Assembly (NCBI GenBank): GCA_020536535.1
Contig: JAHLWZ010000795.1
Span: forward strand, 1 to 64,000
Direction: 5' to 3'
DNA length: 64,000 nt
Origin: Pelomyxa schiedti
Lineage: Eukaryota > Protista > Evosea
Shown here: positions 46,101-57,661 of the stretch, in pieces
Position numbering within the stretch: position 1 is the first letter of the stretch
Layout: every line of letters starts with the position of its first letter
Made by a program: the position numbers and the translations under genes
Notes under the pieces: model-generated
Seen by the model: only the letters and a program-made list of their open reading frames with translations
What the model was told of the DNA's origin: nothing
Database searches by the model: none

Positions 46101-49100
46101 TCACGGGCTGAGCGAGGGGTCGGCGGTAGAGTACAGTTACAGTCTGCACATGTAATTGGAACTGCAGTACAGTCGCTATCCAGATGGTTTGCCATAACCT
46201 CAGTCGGAATTAGACTTGCGCAGTGCTTGCATTTCTCTAGAGGATCGCAGAAATGGTTGGTGCAAGTGTCAAAAGTATTCCTGCATATAAGACAGAATCT
46301 TTCTGCGCTGCAAACATGTGGATTCCCTTTAAAGCATTTGCATTTCTCACAAATGTCCTCTGGTTTCCCACTTGGACACCTAGTGAGGTGTTCACGTTGG
46401 TCTTTTCTCTGTATTGGACATAGGCAGTTTGGGCATTTCCAGTGTCCCTCGCAGTCTGTATTATAATGCTTAAACCTCATTGAAGGCTTAATCTCTGTCC
46501 TACAGTACTCACAAAATGTAAGAGTTTCCTCCCGTTTGGGGCAAACCTCGGCCATGTGCCTTTCTTGGTCAACAACCCTTACTTGTTCATTGCATTGGGT
46601 ACATTCTACCGTGGTCCTTAGGGCACAGAGCTTTACATGCCTGCTGAAAATGAATGGAGGAACATCTGTTTTGCATACAGGGCATGCAACAGGTAGGTTT
46701 TTTATACACGGTACATCTGAGAGCCATGGGTCACTTAAATCTGTTGTGGTCAGAGCAAATGCCTCTTCTGGAGAAATGGTATGGCGCAGATCGAACTTCC
46801 GAGACACATCATTTACTAGAGAACGGATTTCCTCTCGAGCAGGATCTTTCATTTCTTGATCAGGGAGTGTGAAGGCACTTGGTACAAGGGTATCAAGCAT
46901 ATTGGTCGAACCATCCTTCGTACTGCACTTAATAAGGGGTTGCTCATTCTCCTCAGCGAAGAAGATAGAGTTATCACTGTCCACATCATCGGGCTTATTC
47001 CCATTTTTTTTCCACTTCAGTACAAATTGAAGCAACTAAAGTTGGTGGTGTTCAACACAACTGAGCAAAAAAATATGAGTGAAAAGAAAGACTACCTTTT
47101 TGCAGATATCAATTATAAGAGTTTTCAAGTTCACATTCATTGACCCTTGGAGCTCATGTCCAAACAGACTGATATCAATCTTAACCATTACAACCACAGA
47201 CTTATCGTCAGAGGTAACTTCCCCCATTACTTGTAAGTTATTCACAACCAATACGCCCTCACATAGGGTCTTCAATCTTGTAAGTAGAGAGTCAAGAAAT
47301 TCTCCTCCTACTGCGTCAGCAACAAAGGAAGCCATTTGAATTGCACCAACTATCAACCACTTTACGAACCCAGGGGCCCACTTAGAAACTCTCCTTTGGG
47401 CTCTTTGTAGTGCCTTCTTGCATACTTTGAAAATCTTCCCAATGCAGTAACGCAATCCACCCACAATTGCAGATACAACCATGGCAGCATTCAGATTCCG
47501 AATACCAAGTTCAGCACGGATGTTTGGTACAATCTTAGTCCAGGTGACTTTCAAACTGCCAGATAACTCAATTTTATTGTTTTGTTCTTCTGCTCTAGTC
47601 ACTTCAATAGCGTTATCTTCAGATTGGGGATCTTCTCTACTCAAAGAAAGTCGGACAGCAACATTCAAAGATGGTCCCTGACCTTGTCTGCGTTCAAAAC
47701 CAATTTTGGTGCCGATGGTAAGACCAAGACTCTTTGGAAGAATAGAAACTTTGGCATCAAAAAGAAACGCAACTTCCCTGGTCCCTGTATTCACGGTCAA
47801 GTCGACTGAGAGCTCTTTGTTTGAGCCTCCAAGTATAAATAGAACAGTTGATCCCACTTTACATGTCCACTCTTGAATGAGGAGCTGGAGTTTAAGGAGA
47901 AGAGATGGGGAAGTAAAATCAATAGTATTTGCAAGTGAACAGAATAAAATTTTGGCATCTAGACCGAGCCATGACATCTGAGCTACAAAGCCTAAGAACA
48001 TATTCTCCCTTTGTAATAGGGGAATGCCTTTTCGGCCTGTGCTCTGCTGTATAATAGATAGGAGAGAGTTCTGGTTCTGTGCGGGCTTGATTTCCATTGA
48101 GGGGATACTTGTGAGCTCTTCCCTATCAAGCTTGATCAGTAGACCTAACTCTTTGACTTGTGGGAAGGCATGATCGAGAGTCTCAACATCCTTGTAGGAG
48201 CATCCAGTGAATAATCGGACAATTGAGCCCAATGTTACTTCTTTACAAAATAGGTAAATAGTTGAGATCGTAGGTTGTCCGGCAATCAATGAAACCCTAA
48301 GTAAAGCTTCAAATGCTGGCTTTGGCCCATCATCCCAAAGGGCTCGTATGGCACCACCAAACATGAATGAAATGGTGAGGGGTGCTGAAATACTAAGTGC
48401 CCCTCGTATTCCATAAACAGCAAGGTGTTTCAATTTGGGAATAAATAGAGAAAGAGGAATTCCTGTCTCACGATTACCATCCAGCTTCAGGGAAGCCGTA
48501 AGTGAAGGTGGAATTAATAGCCCTTTGAGAGAAGCTCTCAACTTCAGATCATGTGCAAAGAGAAGACAGGTCTTGAGTGAAATTGATAGAGGATTGACAT
48601 CAATTCTCAAGGTACAAGTACCAGCTTTTAGACCAGCACAAGGAAGTTCAAATTTCTTTAAAGCAACCATCATATATGCAGATGAGTCTGCAACTACAAA
48701 ATCAGCTTTAAAAGGTTCCCCTGTAAGCCCAATCCATTCAAAAAGTTGCCCAGTTAGAGAAATAGAGACAGCGAGGCAAAGAAAGGAATTTTCCTCCCGT
48801 AAAAACAAGTGCCTTGCACCATCAGTGCATGAGGAAACCAGATTTGTGATTTCAGTACCATCGTCAGTAATTTGTGGTTTTGCACCATGCAACCACTCAA
48901 ATCGCTCGGGAGATACATCAATAGGTAGAGAAGGCAATGATGTACCAAATAAAACAGATACGATTCTAGATAAAGACAGATTGCTGAACTCTAACATAGC
49001 ACATGTTCTGGACATATGGTGCAGTAAACAGGCCTTGCAATCAATTACTTCAGAAAGGCCTTTTATGGAAACACAAAGAGAAAAAGCAAAGGAAGATGAA

Positions 49101-50491
49101 AGCAAAGATTGCGCTGAAGAGTCCTTCACCTTTTGCAGCTGCAATAATAATGTGTAGTCTCGGAGAACTATCTTTTTCAGAATTTCTTGGGTGTCCCCAT
49201 TTCTATCTTCAAAGATGCCAAGCTCATGTAAAATGTCAAGAAGGCTAATACTATTGGCATCTGGTTTTTCTCCGATTGTTTTTAACATAGTTGGTTTGCG
49301 TAGATGCAAGAATAAATGTGGATTACTATCCCCAAGATCAAAACCAGACTCCATATCCAGAGGGATGCCAAAGAGATGAATACCTTTGACAGAAATTGTC
49401 AAATGTTTCACATTCAAACCCTGGCCACCGCTCACTTCAAGTTCGATATTCATATGAAACAGGGTTGCTTCAGGCAATTTCAATATTTCAGTCTGTGTAA
49501 CCCTTTGCAACACATCTGCTACGGTGTGGAGGCCAAGTATCTCGTCCATAAACTTCACCACTTGCCCCATTCGTACTCGAATTTTTCCTTTGAAACATAG
49601 CAGTGACCTTGAGCCTGACTTTGTCACCACACTTGTTGTTGGTGGATGAGAAAGAAGTGGCCTTGAACCCTGCGGTATCGGAAACGAGCTTTGATCCACA
49701 GCAGATTGGTTACTGTCATTCACCATTTTTGTGGCCATCTTGAGATGCAACCACTCACCAAAACTGACCTTAAATAGCTCAATCTGTATTTCAGGGGGAG
49801 ATCCGAATTGAATGTCAGCATCAAGGGAAACTTGGATCTCAGCCTCTGCGATTTTCTTAAAAAGCTTCTTCACACCCACAAGGGCCTCTCTCGGGAAAGC
49901 ATGGCCAATATGTTCGAAAATCTTCCTGAGAGATGCACCCTTGCATGTCAGCTTCGCACCAGTTTTGGAGACTAGGACTGAAGCAAATGGATCCCCTTTC
50001 GCTTTTTTTCGTTTTGGTCCTTCTCCTTCTGTTCCTGGTTTCTTTTTTTCCCGTTCTTCCTGGGGTGGAACTTTCCACATCTGTTGAGAACATGTCCCGC
50101 CATCTACCTGATCACTACTGCTTCCAGCTCCATGAATTTCGTCATGAGGTGCACTAAACTGCTGAAGCAGTGAAATTTTCGCAGCCCATGATACAGAGTC
50201 ACCAACCGAGACCTTCTCGAGCGTGCAGCTCACGTCCTGGTCCCGGAGTCCAAGGAATTCCAGTGTAGTTCTGCACTGAAATTTGAGCCCTTCTTCGCAA
50301 TAGAACCAATCATCTCTGACTGGAACAAGCTGTGCTGGTTGCGGGGCTATGGTTATGTCTTCCTCTTCATCTTCTTCCTTGAAGGTACATGAAGAAGCTG
50401 TTAAATGTGGTTGACATGCGTGCTGGGAAACGCATTTATTTAGTCGTTTTCTGTTTTCTTTTCTTTTTTAGGAGTGTTTAATACCTTGCAT
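43175..50491 (-). CDS. Giant (~2,390 aa) protein: ~1,100-aa beta-strand-rich region, about 30 TRAF-type zinc fingers, and a hydrophobic/Cys-rich tail
   Basis: ORFs 47036-50233 and 43175-47035 are in the same frame and are joined by a 60-nt phase-0 intron 47095-47036 (gtagtc..ctttag). Start exon ATG CAA G at 50491 with intron 50484-50398. Repeated CxxC-x(10-12)-H-x(3-5)-C units. Confidence 0.8.
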
Positions 50492-50546
50492 CGGTTTCAG
50501 TTAAAAATACCGTCCTCGTTTTGGGAGCAAATTCTCGTTATGCGGC

Positions 50547-50575
50547 TCTACCGCGTACGCGCGTACCACCGTAGA
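50547..50575. promoter_or_regulatory. Palindrome GTACGCGCGTAC (50555-50566) with outer TCTAC/GTAGA arms, in the divergent promoter between the two paralogues
   Basis: Directly visible dyad symmetry in the ~230-nt gap between the ATGs at 50491 and 50721. Confidence 0.4.
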
Positions 50576-50720
50576 TACGACTTTTTAGGGTTTTCCAACT
50601 TGTTTTCTGTTGACAAACAACTTGATAACTGATCGTTGTTCTCGAAAAGAGAAAGAAAAAAAACAAAACTTTCCCTGTTGGCCTCGTACTGGAACTAATC
50701 TCTCAGCATTTGGTCTTACT

Positions 50721-52644
50721 ATGGGTACCTTCCCTTTTCCGCCCCTGCAACAAGTAACGATCCAAAATCGACAGACACGAGTTCTGCCGTAAGCACCAAA
50801 ACCACTGGTGTAAGTGCCAAGGAAGCACCCAAAATCGAAAACGACGCCATCACAAAGCATGACAACGACGAATCCGAGGAAGAGGAAGAAGACATAACGA
50901 TAGCCCCGCAACCATCGCAGCTCGTTCCAGTACGAAATGATTGGTTCCACTGCGATGAGGGTCTCAACTTCCAGTGCAGAATGACACTGGCTCTGCTTGG
51001 ACTGCGGGACCAGGACGTTAGCTGCACGATCGTGAAGGACTCTAGCAACTCTTCGTGGGTTGCGAAGATTTCACTGGTCCCGCACCTTTGCTTGACTGAA
51101 GAGGAAATCGAAAGCAGTGCGGGTCGCTCCGACCTGCTCAGCTCAAAAGAATTGATGACAGTTCCACCCCCGAAAGGACAGGAAAAAGTCAAGAACGAGG
51201 AAACGAGTGCCTCAGTAGTGATCTCCAAAACAGGTGCCAAGCTGACCTGCAGATGCGCATCTCTCAGGAAGATTTTCGAACATATTGGCCATGCGTTACC
51301 GCAAGGGGCCCTTTCTGGTCTAAAGAGGATATTCGAGAAAATTTCGGAGGTTGACACCAAAGTGTCCCTTGATGCCGACATTCAATTTGAAAATCCTCCA
51401 AAAATACACGTTGACTTATTTGAGGTCAATGTTGGTGAGTGGTTGCATCTCAAAATGGTCACAAAGATGGTACCACAACCAAAACCATCAGCAGCATCAC
51501 CAAAACCATCGGATGCCACACCTCCTCTTCCAGCACCAGAAGAACCGAATACTGAGCCCACTGCGGAGACAACTGCAGAGAAAACTGAGACAACTGCGAC
51601 AACCAAAGTCGCTGAAAAACAAGAAACATTGCGACAGTTCTGCTTTGAAGGCAAAATTCGAATCCGCATGGGTCAAGTTGTGAACTTTGTTGACACCCTT
51701 GGCTTTCAGATCGCTGCAGGTGTATTGAAAAGGGTCACACAGAGTGGAATATTAGTGCTGTCAGATAGATCTCTCTTCCGCCTCAGTTTTGAACTTGATG
51801 TGGGTGGTGGGGAGGGTTTCCAGATGAAACGGTTAGATATTGCCGCTCAAGGTATTCATCTCTTTGGCCTTCCCATGACCATTGCCTCTACCTTTACTCT
51901 TGGAGATGATGTCCATCTTTCAGAGCTGAGATTGACGCTTGCGAAGCCAAACGTGAAGAGAGCGATACCAGAAAAACCGCCAACTCTGTGGAGCGTGATT
52001 CACAGCCTTAATCTACAACCTCCTGAATGGGTAGTGGAAATACTGCAAAAGTTCGAACTAAGCGAGTACAATTTGACGGTATTGCTTCAAAAGCACCAGA
52101 CAAAAGATGCTGCTAAATCACCAGCAGCCAAACCACCGTTAAATTCCACACCAGAATCGGCTTCGGCACCGGAACCGAATTCCAACCCAGACTCCACTTC
52201 AACGCCACAATCGGATTCCAAAGTCGAATCAGCCTCAGCCTCAGCTTCCACACCACCAAAATCAGGCACGTCGCCCTCGTTTTCTTCGCTTTCACTTCCT
52301 TCAAAGTGGAAGGTAAGTACGTCCACTGCAATGCCGCACTTTGGCACCTCCGCACTCGGACATATATCAAGATAGCCTTTAACAACCTGACTTTGTCTGA
52401 TATCATGGGCCCATCCTTTCACTACGATGGCGTACAGCTGTATCTCAACTGTTTCGAGTGGGTTTATGGTGCACCACTACCTCAGGACGAAGACGTCAGT
52501 TTTTTCCCATCCCCGCCCAAAAATCTCACCACAAGCACTGACAAGGCTACAAAAGTAGACGCCACCACCAGCAGCAGTTCTTCCTCAGGTGCCAACACAA
52601 CAACCACAGAGAAAACAGCCCCACCTGACCACACCGGAGAATAA
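50721..52644 (+). CDS. Truncated inverted paralogue of the beta-rich N-terminal region of the 43175-50491 gene (~600 aa if spliced; otherwise a frameshifted pseudogene)
   Basis: Shared blocks: EEEDITIAPQP, GLRDQDVSCT, SKTGAKLTC..ASLRKIFEHIGHA, SLDADIQF, GEWLHLKM, RMGQVV, GIHLFG, FEW..GA. Predicted introns 50725-50774 and 52313-52371. Confidence 0.7.
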
Positions 52645-53005
52645 TAACTTATTAGTTGTATCACTATCCAACAACATTGCCACGGGGAAAAAAAAAATGA
52701 TGAGTCGTAGTCCTCCTGCCGCCATCTTTGCGTTGCACCAGGGACCGCCCCAAGTACTGCGTCCCACGTGGCACCTCCCCACGTGCTGTGCCCTGCCCAC
52801 CCGCCGCGCAGCCTCTCTCCCCGCAACTCAAGGACCACTGCATGCAGGAGGAGGCAGCGGCGATTTGCCGTGCTGCGGAGGGGGCCCACCAGACGACAAG
52901 AAGAAGGAGGAGGCAGGTGAGAGGGGGAGGGAGCGGGGGCCGCCCGTAATTGCGCAGCGGGGCCAGGCCCAGGCCCGGGCACGGGCACGGGCGGATGCGT
53001 TCAGG

Positions 53006-53512
53006 ATGGCAGTGAGGGGGTGGGTGAGGCCCCTCCGTGGGGGGGTTTTGTGGACGCCCAGACTCAACAGGAAGATATACTCGTACTCTGCGGTGGGGTT
53101 GTCTGTTCTTCTGCCTTGTACCGTACCTATCTCGGCTTTTTTTGGTTTTTTTTGTTTTTAGGATATATTGTTAAGACTGCGTGGACTAGTTTCTTCTCTG
53201 ATATCTTTTGCCACATTTTCATTTCTAATGGAACTACTAGTATGTGTTACGACTACAAGTGGCAAGTTGAACTCTATCAGTAACCACGCTGTTGGGCTAT
53301 TGTTACCATTGCACTTCTTCCTTGGCTGTTCAAGAATCACACAGGACTATGTGTTTGCCCCGAAAAAAAGAGCTGCAACCATGTTTGCAGTTTCTTCTTT
53401 TTCTATTCTCACAGCAGTATGTTATTCACTGTGTGACACACATTACTCAATAACACACAGTTTGCTGCTCTCCATTGCAATCGAAACCAGGGTGGAATTT
53501 CAGAAGCAGTGA
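53006..53512 (+). CDS. Small membrane protein resembling the succinate dehydrogenase cytochrome b small subunit (SdhD/CybS); start could be 52697
   Basis: Arg-rich N-terminal exon spliced to three hydrophobic segments containing LLLPLHFFLGCSRITQDYV, similar to the CybS H-x-x-x-G-x-x-x-I-x-x-DY motif. Confidence 0.45.
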
Positions 53513-53604
53513 AGTTTTTTTGGAGACTATGAATACCGAAAATATCAGTGATGTAATTGTACAGCCAAATAAACAACCCCTTTGTGTTTTATCCTTAAGG
53601 GTTG

Positions 53605-55521
53605 TCAAGTCCAAGGCAAACCATTTGTGAATAGAAGGGGTCCCATGAGGTTATAGGCCAAAAAATAGAACAGTATAAGGCGAGACGGAATTGTACTTCC
53701 AGCCCGGGCTTGACCTTTTTTCCCTTTTGTATCATCCCTGAAGTCACAGAATTTTGTGGCACACCACCAATAGAGGGGAGGCACTGCTGACAAAAATCTA
53801 GTGATGACTTGTACGTGCATGAAGGTGATAGCGAACGCAACAAGGAACAGCCAGTAACACACATAGGGAAGCACTTGTGGTGATGACAAGTAGGGATTGA
53901 GGCAGTTGCTACCAAAGGCAATGGTTGAGTGCTTGGTGGTGGTTTTTTGTTTAGTTGCGAATGCCTTGTGATGCACTTGTGCCACATAAGTTCTGAGATA
54001 TGCCACAATTCCACATAGAGACATAATTACCATAGGTGTGGCTAATAAGAAGTTCGGAAGCTGCTTGGACTGATAGTAATGAAAGAATCCTTGATTCCTG
54101 AATGAATATAAGAAAAAGGCAGGCTGTCTATTCCCCTTGTAGTATGAGAAGTTACCAGTAATAGCTCTGAATAAATCCATAAAAGCCAGGTATTGTAGAA
54201 TTGCACCATGACATGTCCACTGGAGCGGGATGATCAACTGAGCAATAGCGGTACCGTCCATACAGTTGTATACCAATGTAGGGAAGGGACATTAAACCAA
54301 CGCGGAAAAGTGTGAACAACCAATGAGCACCAATTTTCTGATTTTGAAGTGAGGATTTGTAAAGGGAGACATAGTAGATACCATCAATCTGTGATACACA
54401 GTGGGAACGAGGAGATTGGAAAAAGGGAAAAAGGAATCCACAGCTTCAAACAATAAGAACCCAGCACAAACAATCCCGTTCCCACGCGTAGCTACCGTGA
54501 GTGCAAAAAAAACAGTACTCCCTGAATAAGGAGTTCAAGGTTAAAAAACGAATGGCGTGGCAGTACCTACCCCAAAACCTCTTTTTGTGCAGCATCAAAC
54601 AAGCACCAAAAAAAAGCATTGCAAAAGGGCTTTCTGTGTATCTGCAGATGTAAATTACTAAAGCAGTTGGAAAGTGAGAGCCCCACATTGAAGACATGAA
54701 TATGTTGGCAGGATTCAAACAAAATAATATGCTTGAACAGAATGCAATTTTCTCATTTTTGAGAACTGCCAGTGATAACCTGAGGCGTAAGTAAAGTAAT
54801 ATGATGGTTTTTTAAACCCTCATATAAAAGGGCTCAAAATACTTTCACTTGTATCATACCAGTAAAAGAGTACTGAGGCTAAAATAAAACAACAGTTTGT
54901 AAACAAAAAACCCGAAAGCATTGTGATTGTAAACTGGTTTGCTGGGAGCCATGAAAGCCCTATCAAAGATATAATTCAGTGCAGGCTTTCCACAGTAATA
55001 TTAACAAAGCAAGAGCAAACGAATTTCAATTTTTCAAATTCATCCACCCTAGGATGGACACACATAACTGGGCTACCTTTTGACAAAGCCCTAACGCACA
55101 AAGGCAGCAACGGGAAAAAAGCGTGGGCCTGCTCGGTCTCATACCCCCGCTCCGAAATCCCCACAAAGTACACAGCGTCCCACGAGTGCAGCCCCTTCAG
55201 CCCCGCGCCTACGCCCCAGTCCACCCACGACCCGCCCCCCATAATAATGATTCCCCCCTCTCCCTCTCCCTCTCGCTCTCCCTCGCGAGGGTTGCTGCCA
55301 CTGCGGAATGGCAGGCTCCCCGATGTGTCATAGTCGTCCACAAGGGAGTCCAGCAACACGCACGCCAGAAGCACCACGAGCCGCACCGACCCCGCCACCC
55401 CAGCAACTCTCCACGCTCTCGACAACATCAATGATGGCGTGACGTCGACTTCTCGGATGGAGGGTGGCACAGTTGTGCTTTGTGCCAAAAGATATTGCAC
55501 CACAACGCCTACTGTAGGCAT
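53605..55521 (-). CDS. PIGV: GPI mannosyltransferase II
   Basis: WDAVYFVGISERGYETEQAHAFFPLLP, QLPNFLLATP, FMHVQVITRFLSAVPPLYW, and multiple transmembrane segments. Confidence 0.9.
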
Positions 55522-55740
55522 AGCAGTTGGGTGTGCTGTGGGTCCTTGGATTCAGTTAGTGAAATAGAAATAGCTTGCGAGAGGGCATGGAATCTTGTTC
55601 ATGATTCCTGTGGACACAGGCAGAATTCAACAACAAACCAAACTGACAACAACGACCCGGCTTGAAGGTGAAAAAAAGGCTTTATGTTGAATAACGATGC
55701 TTTGTAATTCGATTTGTGGACTCGGTCACTAATGCCGGCA

Positions 55741-57421
55741 CTAGACGACGTTGAACACTTTCATCGCATTCCCTGCAGCAATATTGTAGGCTGCCTGCGG
55801 CGATCGTTTCGCCACTTGGCGTAAAAGCTTGTGGTACCTCCCAATGGTTCGGGCATAGAAGTCTTTAGGCTTCCCCGTAACATCTTTCCAGTGGCCAGTC
55901 AGGTCACTCCCAATCATGATCCTGTCCGAATGATTGCAACAGAATCGTACCCAAGCTGGTATCACCTTGCCGTTCATTAGTATAAGGATCGGAACCAACG
56001 TCATTACCTTTGGTTCTTTGTCTTTCCGATGAATGCACATGACATCGTCATACACAACCCAACTGATGTCCACATAAAGGTTGTCATACTTTTGTATTGC
56101 CAAAGGGTTAATGAATGAAAATTGATGTTGGAGGAAAAAACCAGAGGAAAAACTGATGTCTCCAAGAATTCGATGTAGTCTTTAACATGAATTCCAAGGG
56201 AGATCCCAATGTGAGCCCACACTATTGGGAAATGGTATTTATGATTTTTGCAACTTTCAAGTGCTTGCTTTAGCTCCCAGAAATACCTCATGTTCCTCGG
56301 GGTCGCAGCTTCAATGTCTGTTGGCAGTGACGACCTTCGCCAGTTGTCATAATAAGTTTTATTTTTATTTATCTACGTACGAGATAACTGTGACATTAGA
56401 GATATTCTGGTGAATGAGCAATGGCAAGCTCATTTCTTCACATAATGCGAATATTGGATCCATTGCTGGGTGGGCAACCGCTTTTTTTCCCTTAGATTAC
56501 TGTATAAGATCCTGCAAAATACATGCGGTTTCTTCACGAGTGAGCATCGTGAGGTAGTCATGCCGCAATAAAACTTCACCAACACCTTTCCAAAAACCAG
56601 GAGTCTGTTGAAGGCGCTGTCGGATGTATTCAACAGCATCAAGATCAGTGGGGTTAAATCCCACAAGAAGAGGGATGAATTTCTTTTGATCGGCTATGGG
56701 AAGGCGAGAAATTTGTTGTTCAATAATGTCATCAGTGTGGGCGTAATAGTAGCACCTAGAAGGAATCTGAGGGAAGTGAATAAAAAAATGACAGGGAAGG
56801 AACTTGGAATCGTCTGAAAGGTAGGACGCAGGACCATAGCGATCCTTCAAGTCGTGATATGTCAAGGGAACTGATAGTTTCGTGGGTGGATTTCATTTTG
56901 TGATTACGTTCACTTACCACTCTGGCGGGCAGTAGCGAGTGCATCAGGAGGAATTTCAGTCCAGTCAAAGCGTTTTTTTACCGGGAGACCAAATATAACT
57001 GAATGCGTGACATTACTCCTATGCATCTGCCTCACAAGCTCGTCGAAGCCGTCAGTCTGTGGAGAAAATTAAACTATAATACACGGTTTGCCAGTGGAGC
57101 ACAGACCCTTTGGAGGAAGTCTACACCATGGATGTGTGCATCTACCACTGGGTGCGCCAAGCGTTCCACGGCACTAACATGTTCTGTTGGGCCTCTTTCA
57201 GCTGTGCAGATCAGGAAAAAAAACAAACCAAAAAACAACAGACCTGGGGGATTTCCCCTCAATAGTAAGGACGTTTCAGCAGCCATTCTCGCCAGTTTGG
57301 TCACGCACAGTTCCACCCTGTCCAGTGGCCACTGACTGAGGATCATCTCGTGGACCGGATCAAATTCAATGTTGGGTTTTTCAGCCGCTGCACCACTTTC
57401 TGCTGCTGACGTTGTTGCCAT
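55741..57421 (-). CDS. Metal-dependent amidohydrolase (TIM barrel), bacterial-type family; multi-exon
   Basis: VVDAHIHGVDF, GFNPTDLDAV, GVGEVLLRHD, LPLLIH, IVWAHIG, NLYVDISW, DRIMIGSD. Confidence 0.85.
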
Positions 57422-57661
57422 GAGCACGACGGTTTTTTTTTGTTTTGTGAACAGAAAAAGATTTGCGTTTAAAAGGAGAAGACTTTCGTTTCATCAGGTT
57501 CCAGCCTCGGAAGCCGTTTGGTTATGTATTCCAAGAAAACACGGTGTTTTGCCTTGTGGTTGCCTGTTGTTTGTTTGAAAAAAAAGTTGGCTCTAATCAA
57601 AAACAACAACCAGGTTTATTGCACAATCAAAATTTTGTTTGGGAGACATGGTGTGTGTTCC

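Noticed and set aside
47036-47038. Stop-codon readthrough or recoding between two same-frame giant ORFs
   Set aside because: The TAG is the 3' end of a clean 60-nt phase-0 GT-AG intron, so splicing explains it without recoding.
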